This document shows positions 46,543 through 56,558 of a DNA stretch of 64,000 nucleotides, one piece after another (within the stretch, counting starts at the first letter, position 1; each line of letters begins with the position of its first letter). The notes beneath the pieces are model-generated. The model saw nothing but the letters and a program-made list of their open reading frames with translations. It did no database searches and was not told the DNA's origin. A program made the translations under genes and the position numbers. Source of the DNA: a virus (lineage: Duplodnaviria; Caudoviricetes); IMG/VR virus record IMGVR_UViG_3300012667_001143, positions 32,560 through 96,559 of that record; one strand, written 5' to 3'.

Positions 46543-48453
46543 ATGAAGACTGCTGTTATTTCCTCTCCATTGATCGCATCCAGCAACATGCAAAGCTCAA
46601 TCATGGGCATGGATGAAGCTGGCATGAATACTGCAACGTATTTCATGCGGGACAAAATCTACACAGACAAAATTCAAGCTGTAGTGCGGGAATATATTTG
46701 CAATGCTGTTGATGAGCATCAAAAATATAAAATTTCAAAGCCTGTTCTTGTCGGTCTTCGCACTAAGAATTCATCCACCGAGTTTTATGTTCGGGATTCT
46801 GCCAAAGGATTGAGTGAAGAAGGTGTTCGTAGCATTTTCGGAATGTATTTCCGAAGCACGAAATCAAAATCCAATGATTCTATTGGTGGTTTTGGCGTTG
46901 GTTCCAAGGCTGGACATTGCTACACTGACACCTTCTTTGTTACTTCTCACTACGAAGGCGTAAAATCGACATACACTTGTATGCTTGGTGGTGGAGATTC
47001 TGGTGTTCCAGTTGGTCATATTTACAAGATCGACGAATCTCCCACTGAAGAAACTGGCATCGAGGTATCTTTGGAGATTAATCAAGATGATTATCAAGGT
47101 TTCGATGATAGAATTTCGGAATTTGTAACTTTTTCTCCATTTAATATCGAATTTTTGTCGCGTAAAGGTACGCTCAAGCCTGCAAAAGCTACTTTTGAGA
47201 AGCAGCTTGGACGCTTTAATATTAGGTTGGTGGAGTGTGCTGGTCATAACCTTCGATCAAAGATTCAAATGGGTGGCGTTACATATCAGAGTATTCGCTG
47301 GAATATTCCATATAAGGTAAAAAAGGATCATTGTTTGATTATTGATCTACCAATTGGGACCATGAGCATTCCGATTAGTCGGGAAAGTTTTGAGGCTACC
47401 GCAAATAATGAAAAAGTCTTGACTGAAATTCATTCTTTGATTAAAGAGTTTTCCGAAAATGATTTGCTGAAGTTTAAAAATAAAACTATCATGGATCTCT
47501 TGAGGGAAAAATCAAGCAGCTTGCATGATATTAAATACGTCGGAGAGGTTTTTGAGTCGTCTCCTTATGTTTTGTATGACAAGGAGATCGTCGTTGCGGG
47601 TTCTATTCTTCAGTCATTTAGCTCTGAACCTGTACAGACAGAAACTTCTTCTTGTGGTAAGAGGGCAAAGCCTGTTTTGATTATCCTGCCGAATCAATCC
47701 TCTTATTGGAAAAGTAAAATCTGCTCTTATTGCGAAAATAATAAAATCAATTTTTATTATACAGCAAGCGAGCATTCTGATTTGCGTCAAATTTGTGAAG
47801 ATTTCTTTGTTATTAAAAGCATTAAAACTCTGAAATTTCCCAAAATCGAAAAGCAGCATCAGAAATACACTGTATGGGGCCGAACTTTTAGAGTTGGACT
47901 GTTTAATGCAAGCGAATTCAATAAATTTATTCTGAAAGACATCCACAAAATCTCAGAAGATGACATTCCAAGTAATGTCGTAACTGAAGAAGATTTTTAT
48001 AAATTCAACAGAGAAAAATTCTCCAAGGTCTCTAATTTTTCGGAATTGAAAGGTTTTGTTTTTTGTGGATACAATCACTTGTCTAAAACTAGGGATGTTC
48101 ACTATTACACATCTTCCAAAATTCTTACTGAAGAACTGAAAAAATACGGCTGGATCGAACACAATAGCCCCGAGTATATCAGCGCTGTTTCTAAAATTAC
48201 AAATAAAATCACTCAAGAAAACGAGATCAAAGAAAAAAGACATTCTGCTCGTAGGAATTGGGTTATTTATAATAATAAAACGTCTGAAAAAATCGAATCA
48301 AACCCTGACTTCGCTGAAAAAATTGGATCTTTTTGGCAAAAAGTCTTGAAAGAAAACTCTGTTCGTGGTAAGATCTTTTCGTGCATGAATAAAACTTATT
48401 CGCCGCCGAAACTAAACCGTGCTGAAATTCGTCAAATCCTAAAGCTGAAATAA
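46543..48453 (+). CDS. rIIA: rIIA-like protein (GHKL ATPase N-domain)
   Basis: IYTDK..AVVREYICNAVD, YFRSTK..SND.IGGFG.GSK. Confidence 0.9.
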   Translation: MKTAVISSPLIASSNMQSSIMGMDEAGMNTATYFMRDKIYTDKIQAVVREYICNAVDEHQKYKISKPVLVGLRTKNSSTEFYVRDSAKGLSEEGVRSIFGMYFRSTKSKSNDSIGGFGVGSKAGHCYTDTFFVTSHYEGVKSTYTCMLGGGDSGVPVGHIYKIDESPTEETGIEVSLEINQDDYQGFDDRISEFVTFSPFNIEFLSRKGTLKPAKATFEKQLGRFNIRLVECAGHNLRSKIQMGGVTYQSIRWNIPYKVKKDHCLIIDLPIGTMSIPISRESFEATANNEKVLTEIHSLIKEFSENDLLKFKNKTIMDLLREKSSSLHDIKYVGEVFESSPYVLYDKEIVVAGSILQSFSSEPVQTETSSCGKRAKPVLIILPNQSSYWKSKICSYCENNKINFYYTASEHSDLRQICEDFFVIKSIKTLKFPKIEKQHQKYTVWGRTFRVGLFNASEFNKFILKDIHKISEDDIPSNVVTEEDFYKFNREKFSKVSNFSELKGFVFCGYNHLSKTRDVHYYTSSKILTEELKKYGWIEHNSPEYISAVSKITNKITQENEIKEKRHSARRNWVIYNNKTSEKIESNPDFAEKIGSFWQKVLKENSVRGKIFSCMNKTYSPPKLNRAEIRQILKLK

Positions 48454-48463
48454 TAAAAAAAAT

Positions 48464-49456
48464 ATGAAGTATATTGCAAACCACACAGGAATCGTTTTCT
48501 TCTTTGACAACAAGCCAGTCAAGGTCGAAAAAGACACTCATCAATACGCCAAAATCATCAAGGCTTTTGATTTGCCATTGGAAGATCAAGAAAAGGTGAT
48601 CATTGAAATTCTTAAGCAGAATTCTGGCAGTTTCGAAAAAGATGGATTCTCTATCATCTCAGAAGAGGTTCTTTATCAAGGAGAAAGGCTTCCGTCTGTT
48701 CTTTCTGAAAAGGTTCGATCTCTTGTCCGAGATGGTCTGCCAATTTCTCTCTTTGGCAAGTTTTGGGAAAATGTGAAGCAGAATCCTTCTAGCTCTTCAG
48801 TTCGCGAACTCTATGACTTCCTTGCTTACAAGGAGCTTCCAATCACTGAAGATGGATGCTTCCTAGCATACAAGGGGCTGGCTGATAACTATTGGAGTAT
48901 CTCTGGCAACACTAAGACTCTCGTTGTCAAGGGTAAGGCTAACAATGCTGGAAAGATCTTCAACGGTATCGGAGAAGAAATTGAAGTGGTTCGTCGCGAT
49001 GTAGATGATAATCGAAACAATCATTGTTCTTTTGGTTTGCATGTTGGCTCGCTCGATTATGCACAAGGCTTCTCTCGCGGCAAGGTTGTCGTTGTGAAGG
49101 TGAATCCAAAAGATGTTGTTTCTGTTCCTTCTGACTACAACTGTCAAAAGTGCCGAGTTTCTGCATACAAAGTGGTGAGTGATTTTAAATCAGAAATTAA
49201 GGCTTCGGTTGCTGATGAAGAAGGCGAAGCAGTTATCTCAAATGAAAAGGCAGAACGTTCTGATTTTGTTGATCGTATTGATCGATATTTGACCAAGAAG
49301 TATCAGCAAGGCTTCTGCGAAGTTACTGTTAAGTCTATTCAAGGATCTTTCTCTCCAGAGTGTCCATCTGCGCTTAGGATCAAGGATGCTGTTGAGCAGC
49401 TTGGATATAACTGGAACTACAGTGATACTGGAGCTATGATTGTCATCATTCGTTAA
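48464..49456 (+). CDS. rIIB: rIIB-like protein
   Basis: PITEDGCFLAYK, CSFGLH, VKVNPKDVVSVP.DY. Confidence 0.92.
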   Translation: MKYIANHTGIVFFFDNKPVKVEKDTHQYAKIIKAFDLPLEDQEKVIIEILKQNSGSFEKDGFSIISEEVLYQGERLPSVLSEKVRSLVRDGLPISLFGKFWENVKQNPSSSSVRELYDFLAYKELPITEDGCFLAYKGLADNYWSISGNTKTLVVKGKANNAGKIFNGIGEEIEVVRRDVDDNRNNHCSFGLHVGSLDYAQGFSRGKVVVVKVNPKDVVSVPSDYNCQKCRVSAYKVVSDFKSEIKASVADEEGEAVISNEKAERSDFVDRIDRYLTKKYQQGFCEVTVKSIQGSFSPECPSALRIKDAVEQLGYNWNYSDTGAMIVIIR

Positions 49457-49463
49457 CAAACAC

Positions 49464-49496
49464 AAAAAAAAAGGGGGGGCGCAAGCCCCCTTTTTT
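49464..49496. terminator. intrinsic terminator, possibly bidirectional
   Basis: A-run, GGGGGC-GCAA-GCCCCC, T-run. Confidence 0.88.
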
Positions 49497-49506
49497 ATTT
49501 TAAAAA

Positions 49507-49782
49507 ATGAAATATACAGTAGAGATTAGCCGAGGTTGCGTGGCAGATGCTTTCAGAATTAATGGTAAGGATTGGAATGGTGAGTATGAACCTAATCTTA
49601 TGACCGAAGCAGAGCGATCTGAATTCTTAGATCATGTATTTTCTGAATTAAGAAAAGGTTTAGATGAAAGTACCGTTCTTCTAGAAGAAATAATGCATTG
49701 TTTACAATGCGATGAGCGAGAGTTTAGTGAACCTTGCGGTCAATGTGGAGACAGCGTTGAAACGATCACTTGGGAAATTTGA
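49507..49782 (+). CDS. hypothetical protein
   Basis: 91-aa ORF, CxxC. Confidence 0.6.
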   Translation: MKYTVEISRGCVADAFRINGKDWNGEYEPNLMTEAERSEFLDHVFSELRKGLDESTVLLEEIMHCLQCDEREFSEPCGQCGDSVETITWEI

Positions 49783-49818
49783 TCTTGACTTTTTGATGAA
49801 AAAAGGCATGATGGTTGC

Positions 49819-50265
49819 ATGCTCAGCGCATTCGGAAAGATTCACGTAAACAAATCAGCGAAGCGAGTTGTCGTTGATTTGTCTCCTGACTTTGTGCCTT
49901 ATTACATCTGGCATTTCAAGAAGACACATTGGCTAAATCTTCATAGTCCAATGCATTGTGGGCATATTACATTGGCAAACTCAAAGCTGCATCCTAAAGC
50001 AGACTATCAACAAGCTGCTGATATTTTTCATGGTCAGGTAGTGTCGTTTGATTATGATCCTCATATCATTCGTGGTGGTCGAACCAAAGGCTTTGAAATG
50101 TTCTATATGAAAGTCTTTTCCCGTGAACTAGATCGTATCAAGCGAAAGATTAAAGTCGTTGATAATGCTGGTTATCGTGGCTTGCATATTACTCTTGGAA
50201 ACCTAAACAAAAGTGGCCAAACACCAATGCAGTATTGGCCTGAAATGATTGAAATTAAAAAATGA
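49819..50265 (+). CDS. 2H phosphoesterase
   Basis: Two HITL motifs. Confidence 0.72.
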   Translation: MLSAFGKIHVNKSAKRVVVDLSPDFVPYYIWHFKKTHWLNLHSPMHCGHITLANSKLHPKADYQQAADIFHGQVVSFDYDPHIIRGGRTKGFEMFYMKVFSRELDRIKRKIKVVDNAGYRGLHITLGNLNKSGQTPMQYWPEMIEIKK

Positions 50266-50672
50266 AAACTGTAATTCTACTCCGTTCTGTATCTGGTGCT
50301 GGTAAAAGCACTCTCGCTGACCTTCTTGCCTCCAATGAGGGGTGGGTTAGTGTTTGTGCTGATTATTACTTCGAAGATGATGCTGGTAATTATAACTTTG
50401 ATGCTAGTAAGCTGGGTGAAGCTCACCGTATGTGTCAGGAAAACTTCATGTATTGGTTGACACATACTAATGTCGATTGTATCATCGTTGCCAATACCAA
50501 CACCAAAGAAAAGGACTTTGCTTTTTACGAGAAAGCTTCTAAAGAGCATGGTGCCATGTTTATCAGCTTGATTGTTGAGAACAGGCACGGCAATACCGAT
50601 GTTCATAATGTGCCAAGCTTTGCCAAAGAGCATCAAGCAATGAATATCATGAACAGTATCAAACTCATCTAA
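50262..50672 (+). CDS. P-loop polynucleotide kinase-like protein
   Basis: SGAGKST, SVCAD.YF, EAH..C, VANTN, HNVP. Confidence 0.85.
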   Translation: MKTVILLRSVSGAGKSTLADLLASNEGWVSVCADYYFEDDAGNYNFDASKLGEAHRMCQENFMYWLTHTNVDCIIVANTNTKEKDFAFYEKASKEHGAMFISLIVENRHGNTDVHNVPSFAKEHQAMNIMNSIKLI

Positions 50673-50866
50673 TGATACATACAGCATTTCGATTAACATG
50701 TGATCGCTGTAATAGGCGAGGATTTGACAAAGGTGATGAATCTGAAGATGATGTGTACGCTAATGCTCAAATGCATGGATGGACATTTCAAAAAGTTCAA
50801 AATGGAGCAATTTGGGATGTTTGTCCTAAATGCACAATAATTTATAAAAATGAAAAAACTACATAA
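50672..50866 (+). CDS. zinc-finger protein
   Basis: CDRC...CPKC. Confidence 0.6.
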   Translation: MIHTAFRLTCDRCNRRGFDKGDESEDDVYANAQMHGWTFQKVQNGAIWDVCPKCTIIYKNEKTT

Positions 50867-51251
50867 AATTCCAGCATGGTTTTACCACTGGCGAAAACCC
50901 ACTCTCTATAAACAAGAACCCTCGAAACTAGATGTATTGGAGGTTCGTTTCGAAAGCAGAGAGGTATCTGAGTATGATGTTATCTTTGAAAATGACTCTG
51001 AAATTTGGAGACTTGACGTAGGTTATGATAATCAAGTTTATCTTGAGAAATATAAGAAAAAGACCAGCGTAAATAAACAATACAAGAAACAGCTTGTAGC
51101 TTACGAAAAAGAGAAAGCTGAAATTGAAAAGCAAGCTGTTCAGTGGGATGAAGTAAACAAGCTCTATCATGAGAATCAAAAGATTCAAGCCGAAAATGAA
51201 CAGCAAAAATTGTATCTGGCTTTGAAAAAGAAGTTTGAAAAGAAGGATTAA
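50850..51251 (+). CDS. hypothetical protein
   Basis: Coupled ORF. Confidence 0.6.
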   Translation: MKKLHKIPAWFYHWRKPTLYKQEPSKLDVLEVRFESREVSEYDVIFENDSEIWRLDVGYDNQVYLEKYKKKTSVNKQYKKQLVAYEKEKAEIEKQAVQWDEVNKLYHENQKIQAENEQQKLYLALKKKFEKKD

Positions 51252-51254
51252 TAA

Positions 51255-51295
51255 GGAACTACAGTAGAATACTCTCAACGGAACTCTTATATAAT
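51255..51295 (+). promoter_or_regulatory. tandem GGAAC-N5-TA(T/G)AAT motifs
   Basis: Also at 37568, 51561, 53948. Confidence 0.7.
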
Positions 51296-51298
51296 ACC

Positions 51299-51559
51299 AT
51301 GATAATAACACTCACAAAAAACATTCACATTTGTTTCGGTGCCGCTGGTAAGACTACAAATGAAGTTTTCGAGCAATGGGAGCTAGATGCACCAACTCGT
51401 CCAAGGTTTGGACGTAATTGGTGGTTTTGGAAACCTACTTTTCGTACAAACGGTGGTCGATTTAAATCACATCAAAACACAGACATTAATTTTCATTGGT
51501 TATGCTTTTATGCATCTTTTACTGTCTTTTCATGGAAGTGTAAGATGCAAGAAGAATAA
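51299..51559 (+). CDS. hypothetical protein
   Basis: Follows GGAAC motif. Confidence 0.55.
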   Translation: MIITLTKNIHICFGAAGKTTNEVFEQWELDAPTRPRFGRNWWFWKPTFRTNGGRFKSHQNTDINFHWLCFYASFTVFSWKCKMQEE

Positions 51560-51582
51560 AGGAACTCTTATATAATAACAAT

Positions 51583-52692
51583 ATGCAACTTCCTCTGAAA
51601 GAAGAATTTAATTTCAAAGACTGTACGATTGCTGGCGATGAATGCTGGTTGATCACCCCGAAAGATATGAGTACGAAGTGGTTTGACGATAATGCCCGCT
51701 TCCGTTCTTGTATTATTCGTAAGAGTGATCATACTGTAGTCTCTCAGGGATTCTCTAAGTTTACCAACTTCCATGAGCGTCCTGAATTTCAACCTTGGGA
51801 TAATTCTTGGAAAATCGAAGCTCGTCACAAACTAGATGGATCGCTCTTGATTGTGTCCAAGTATAAGGGTGAGCTTATTGTTCGTACCCGTGGCACTGTT
51901 GATGCTCGTAACATGCCTAATGGTCATGAGATTGATGAACTGATCTCTAAGTATCCAGAGGTTTTTGACAATGAACTTCTCGATGCAGGTTATTCGGTAT
52001 TGTTGGAATGGACTACACCAAGCAACATTATTGTTCTTCGTGAACATAATACTCCTACCTTGACTCTAATTGGAATTGTTTATAATCAAGATGCTTATTA
52101 TGCATCACAAACCTACTTAGACGGTATTGCCGAGGAATGGAATATTGAACGTCCTAAGAGCTATTACTATAACACTATTGAAGAATGTATTCTTGATGTT
52201 GATGCATGGCGTGGTAAGGAAGGTGTTGTTCTTTATTCTCCTGATGGTCAGACTCTCAAGAAGATCAAAGGTGCTGAATACAATGAACTTCATAAACTAG
52301 CTACTGGTATTAAAACCGTCGCTCAAGTGATGGATTTGTTTATTGCTTCTCCTCGTTTTGATAGTGAAGAAAGCTTCTACAAGTACATAGCAAATACACT
52401 TGATTATGAGATCGCAGAGAAGATCAAAGATGATATCTCTACTGTGGTACGAGCTTATTGTAACTATACTTACAAGCTGCATCGACTGACTGATGTTGTA
52501 AATGATCTTTCCTTTTGTGAGACACGTAAGGAACAGGCAATTGTAATCACTTCACGCTACGACGATTGGCGACGAGCTTTTGCATTTAAAATGCTTGACA
52601 ATCAAGAGATTGATGATACACTAGAGGCCAAAGCATTACACTACGAACTACAAGAACAATTAAAAAATGAAACTACTACTAGCAACCTCTAA
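51583..52692 (+). CDS. RNA ligase (T4 Rnl1-like)
   Basis: KF.N..E, KLDGSL, EGVV, KIK. Confidence 0.88.
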   Translation: MQLPLKEEFNFKDCTIAGDECWLITPKDMSTKWFDDNARFRSCIIRKSDHTVVSQGFSKFTNFHERPEFQPWDNSWKIEARHKLDGSLLIVSKYKGELIVRTRGTVDARNMPNGHEIDELISKYPEVFDNELLDAGYSVLLEWTTPSNIIVLREHNTPTLTLIGIVYNQDAYYASQTYLDGIAEEWNIERPKSYYYNTIEECILDVDAWRGKEGVVLYSPDGQTLKKIKGAEYNELHKLATGIKTVAQVMDLFIASPRFDSEESFYKYIANTLDYEIAEKIKDDISTVVRAYCNYTYKLHRLTDVVNDLSFCETRKEQAIVITSRYDDWRRAFAFKMLDNQEIDDTLEAKALHYELQEQLKNETTTSNL

Positions 52693-52900
52693 ATTCTGCG
52701 GTCCCTGTCATATGCTCAAACGAAAGCTTGATGATGAAAAGCTTCAAGTTAGCATGATTGATATGGAAGAAGATACCGATACTTTTAGAAAGTATGGCGT
52801 ACGAGCAGTACCAACTCTTTTGGTATTGCAAGATGATGAAGTCCTTGAAAAGATTCAAGGCACGAATGATATTTTTAATAAGATTAAAGAAAATGCTTAA
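52667..52900 (+). CDS. thioredoxin
   Basis: CGPC; VRAVPT. Confidence 0.88.
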   Translation: MKLLLATSKFCGPCHMLKRKLDDEKLQVSMIDMEEDTDTFRKYGVRAVPTLLVLQDDEVLEKIQGTNDIFNKIKENA

Positions 52901-53540
52901 GGTATACAAAAAGCGCGAAAACTATCGCAGCATCAAGATTTGCAGTGATCTACATTATGGTCACGACAAAGAGTTCTTGTATATTCCGCGAGGCTTCAAG
53001 AGTGGGCAAGAACATAATGATTGGATTGATGCTCAAATTCGAACCTTGCAGCATGATGATCTTCTAATCTGCTTGGGTGATGTCGGTCTTAGCGTTGGAC
53101 CTGAAGCTATCATGCGTTTTCTTGATCGTATTCCATGTGAAACTCTCATGGTTTGGGGAAATCATAACTCAGGTGTCATGCAGGCATACAAAAACAATCT
53201 ACCAATTGGATTTGAAAACCGAGAAGTTTATCCGCTGAAAATTACCCACAATATTACTATGATGGGTGAATCGTTTATGCTTAACGTGGATCGTGATCGC
53301 TTCTTTTGCACTCATATGAGTCCTCTGATTTATCACGAACAAAACCGTAATCGGGTTTGTATCTGTGGTCATTCGCATGGTAATCTAAAGCAAATTAATC
53401 CTGATCGTGATGACTTTGGAAAGATTCTTGATTGTGGTGTTGAGAATGCTAAGGCATATAATGGTACCGCTTTCTTTGATATTGATGAAGTTGTAAAGAT
53501 CATGTCCAATAAAAAGAATTCTAACTTTGACCATCATTAA
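52893..53540 (+). CDS. calcineurin-like metallophosphoesterase
   Basis: SDLH, LGD, GNH, GHSH. Confidence 0.88.
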   Translation: MLKVYKKRENYRSIKICSDLHYGHDKEFLYIPRGFKSGQEHNDWIDAQIRTLQHDDLLICLGDVGLSVGPEAIMRFLDRIPCETLMVWGNHNSGVMQAYKNNLPIGFENREVYPLKITHNITMMGESFMLNVDRDRFFCTHMSPLIYHEQNRNRVCICGHSHGNLKQINPDRDDFGKILDCGVENAKAYNGTAFFDIDEVVKIMSNKKNSNFDHH

Positions 53541-53947
53541 TGAACACGAAGCAAGTCATTGTAATACGCAAAGATTTAAATATGAGGCGCGGGAAGCAAA
53601 TTGCCCAAGGCAGTCATGCCAGCATGGCTTTCCTAACTAAAGGAATGGAATGTTTTCAATCAAATGATGGATATGAATTTGCTACAGAAACAATTTATAT
53701 TGAACGAGCTGAAGAAATTGAGCATTGGCTCCAAAATTCCTTTCGTAAGATTTGTGTGTATGTGAACAGTGAAGAAGAACTTGTAGCAGTTCATCAAAAA
53801 GCTATTGACTCTGGACTTATTTCCCATCTCATTATAGATAATGGGAAAACAGAATTCCACAATATTCCGACAGCAACATGCTTGGCAGTCGGACCAGCTT
53901 GGGATTACAAGTTTAGTGGCATAACAGATCATCTTCCTCTCCTCTGA
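53540..53947 (+). CDS. pth2: peptidyl-tRNA hydrolase type 2
   Basis: KQVIVIRKDL.M..GK..AQ.SHA, D.G.TE, T.LAVGP. Confidence 0.92.
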   Translation: MNTKQVIVIRKDLNMRRGKQIAQGSHASMAFLTKGMECFQSNDGYEFATETIYIERAEEIEHWLQNSFRKICVYVNSEEELVAVHQKAIDSGLISHLIIDNGKTEFHNIPTATCLAVGPAWDYKFSGITDHLPLL

Positions 53948-53968
53948 GGAACTCTAATATAATAAATT

Positions 53969-54193
53969 ATGAAAGATTGGATTGTTAAATTTAAAACTTA
54001 TCATGAATCTTTTAAGGGTTATGATTTGTGTGATGGTTGGAGTGAATATAAAGTTTTTGCAAAGGATTCAACATCAGCAGAAAATAAGGCTAGGAAATTG
54101 TGGAAAAAACAGTTTCCAGCTAGATGCTGGATTCAAAACACATCGATTATGATTGCCGAACCAGTTACAGCAGAAACTGTATACGAGCTATAA
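53969..54193 (+). CDS. hypothetical protein
   Basis: Follows GGAAC motif. Confidence 0.6.
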   Translation: MKDWIVKFKTYHESFKGYDLCDGWSEYKVFAKDSTSAENKARKLWKKQFPARCWIQNTSIMIAEPVTAETVYEL

Positions 54194-54195
54194 TT

Positions 54196-54669
54196 ATGAA
54201 GAAGCCTAAAAAACTAACTCCACCTCCTGTTGATAATCGTAAAGAACTACACGTTGAAATTAAATCATCTTGTGTTTATGATGAATGTGAAGGTGTTCAA
54301 TTCGGATCTTGGGAAAAAAAGTTTGATGAAACTGTCGTTAAAATCTCAAGAGATTACAAAATTTTGAACAGGTTCGTCTTCTCATCTTACAAGGTACCTG
54401 ATGAGGTTTATAATGCTACTTATGTTTATATTGTAGCTGTAACATATTCTTCTGGTGATACGTTCGGTAGTTCATCTGGCAATACAGCTATTGCTTTTAT
54501 TACAGAAAATCCAGAAGAAGCATTGAAAGCAAAAGATGCTGTTGAGTGTAATTGGAGTAAACCAGAATGGAGCAAGCATCCAAAAAATGTAGCTCAATAT
54601 CCCTCATGGACTGGATACTTTGAAAGTGTAGAAAATGTTAAAATTGTGTTCCTACCAGTAATTGGATAA
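54196..54669 (+). CDS. hypothetical protein
   Basis: YSSGDTFG, WTGYFE. Confidence 0.65.
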   Translation: MKKPKKLTPPPVDNRKELHVEIKSSCVYDECEGVQFGSWEKKFDETVVKISRDYKILNRFVFSSYKVPDEVYNATYVYIVAVTYSSGDTFGSSSGNTAIAFITENPEEALKAKDAVECNWSKPEWSKHPKNVAQYPSWTGYFESVENVKIVFLPVIG

Positions 54670-55042
54670 AAATATGAAACCACTATATACTAAAATCCTC
54701 ACGCTCAACAATGATGGTGAAACTCTAGCAAAATCATTCAGGAGTCTAATTAATAAATGGGCAGAAGAAAATGAAATTGAACAATATAATCCAATTGAGC
54801 TATCGTTTCTTCTTAAAGAAGAATTGGAGGTAATTCTATGCTATTATTATTGTGATGCTGTCGAAGGCTTACAAACTAATCCTAAAACGAGAGAAGCTTG
54901 GGTAATAGATGAGCTGGCAAATGCCGTTAAATTCGTTCTTGATGATAACGACAGTGAAAGCGGAATGTATTGGCCTGATGTGATTAAAGCATGTAAAGCT
55001 GCTTACGAAAAGAAACTAAAACTAGACAAAGGTGACTACTGA
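54662..55042 (+). CDS. hypothetical protein
   Basis: ORF in operon; start uncertain. Confidence 0.55.
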   Translation: MDKNMKPLYTKILTLNNDGETLAKSFRSLINKWAEENEIEQYNPIELSFLLKEELEVILCYYYCDAVEGLQTNPKTREAWVIDELANAVKFVLDDNDSESGMYWPDVIKACKAAYEKKLKLDKGDY

Positions 55043-55180
55043 CATTTATTATACATACGCTAGTAAGCAAGAATTGCTTGACATTGGAGCAGATCCGTCT
55101 ACAATCTACGAAGACATTAGCGAGTCTTACGAGAATCTTGATGAAGAACCTAATGGACTCACACAAGTAGAACTACTAAA

Positions 55181-55396
55181 ATGAGCAATCAAAAATACTA
55201 CACCATTGAATTTTATATGCCCCCACCTGTTGACAAATGGGCTATAATGATTAGCTTTGCTTACATGAGAAAGTCCTTTGCTGAAGGAGCATGGGCTATG
55301 TTAAAAGCTCATTATAATCAACAATTTGAACATCGGCTATTGTGTAATGGAGAGGTCGTAGATACAATTTCAAAACAAACAATCAAATTAAACTAA
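55181..55396 (+). CDS. hypothetical protein
   Basis: Coupled ORF. Confidence 0.6.
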   Translation: MSNQKYYTIEFYMPPPVDKWAIMISFAYMRKSFAEGAWAMLKAHYNQQFEHRLLCNGEVVDTISKQTIKLN

Positions 55397-55785
55397 TGAG
55401 ACCAATTAAATTTAGATTCTGGAATAAAATGGCTTGGAGATTTCAACCTCCTAGCAAGTATGCTATTGATGGTGAAGGTAAGCTCGTAGCATATGATTAT
55501 GAGATGGGAGCATATGAAGATCCCACCGACTTCTCCGATACTATTATCGTACCACAGCAATATACTGGTTTGAAGGATAAGAACGGTAAGGAGATTTACG
55601 AAGGTGATATTGTAAAGATTGAAGCCTATCGTGGAGCAATTCGTCATGTCCAAGTAAGATGGGAATCAGTTGATGGCTCCGATGATATGGGGACAGATAT
55701 GATTGGATTTCCTAGATATAGTGAATATGGAGAGCCTGAAGTAATCGGAAACATCTTCGAAAATCCAGAACTACTAAAGCAATGA
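55396..55785 (+). CDS. YopX family protein
   Basis: IKFR.W, QYTGLKDKNGKEIYEGDI, EVIGNIFENPELL. Confidence 0.9.
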   Translation: MRPIKFRFWNKMAWRFQPPSKYAIDGEGKLVAYDYEMGAYEDPTDFSDTIIVPQQYTGLKDKNGKEIYEGDIVKIEAYRGAIRHVQVRWESVDGSDDMGTDMIGFPRYSEYGEPEVIGNIFENPELLKQ

Positions 55786-55967
55786 GCGGTAACGAACTAA
55801 TAACAATTACAATCGAAGATCCTCATACAAAGAGGGTGTTGTCATGTAGATATGACCTATTAAGTGCTGATTTTTATAAGGGAACTAAAGGAAAATATCA
55901 TTTGATGATGTTGGATAATTTAGTTGAACGATTTAATAAACGTAAAAATGAGAAACCTAAAATTTAA
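55782..55967 (+). CDS. hypothetical protein
   Basis: ATGA overlap. Confidence 0.55.
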   Translation: MSGNELITITIEDPHTKRVLSCRYDLLSADFYKGTKGKYHLMMLDNLVERFNKRKNEKPKI

Positions 55968-56310
55968 AATTTGGGATAAAGCTGACCAAGAATGGACTTC
56001 CTATGCTCCCGTCTTTAGTTCTGCTCACGGTAAAATCTTTGAATTTTTCTTATCTCAATACCAAGTGGAAAATTTAGTGATTCAACAATCCACTGGTCTG
56101 AAAGATAAGAATAATAAAGAAATCTACGAGGGGGATATTGTTAAAGGATTTTTCTTTGACACTGATTACATGTGTAATGAAGTTTTAATATGTCCTGTCC
56201 AATGGAGTAATCGAACGGCATCTTTTAATATTGGACATAGATACTGGGACTCGAAATCTATGGAAGTTGTTGGAAATATCTTTGAGAACTCCGAACTATT
56301 AAAGCAATGA
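55948..56310 (+). CDS. YopX family protein
   Basis: TGLKDKN.KEIYEGDI, EVVGNIFEN. Confidence 0.9.
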   Translation: MRNLKFKIWDKADQEWTSYAPVFSSAHGKIFEFFLSQYQVENLVIQQSTGLKDKNNKEIYEGDIVKGFFFDTDYMCNEVLICPVQWSNRTASFNIGHRYWDSKSMEVVGNIFENSELLKQ

Positions 56311-56558
56311 AATTAAAACCTATAAAGTTAACTTCAATGAAACTAACACCAGAGCAACTAAAGAAAGCAGCATATGAATATTGCCGCTTGATGAAATTAG
56401 ATCCAGAACAATCAATAGGTCACAGTCCTCCACCAAACGAGGATGGCAGTGTTTATCTATCGTGTCGTTGGAGTCCACAATGGAAGATTGTAGCAGATGA
56501 ATTGAATCATTATTGTATTATTAAATCAAGTATAGAATATGGACTCACGGAAGATTAA
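56307..56558 (+). CDS. hypothetical protein
   Basis: ATGA overlap. Confidence 0.55.
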   Translation: MKLKPIKLTSMKLTPEQLKKAAYEYCRLMKLDPEQSIGHSPPPNEDGSVYLSCRWSPQWKIVADELNHYCIIKSSIEYGLTED

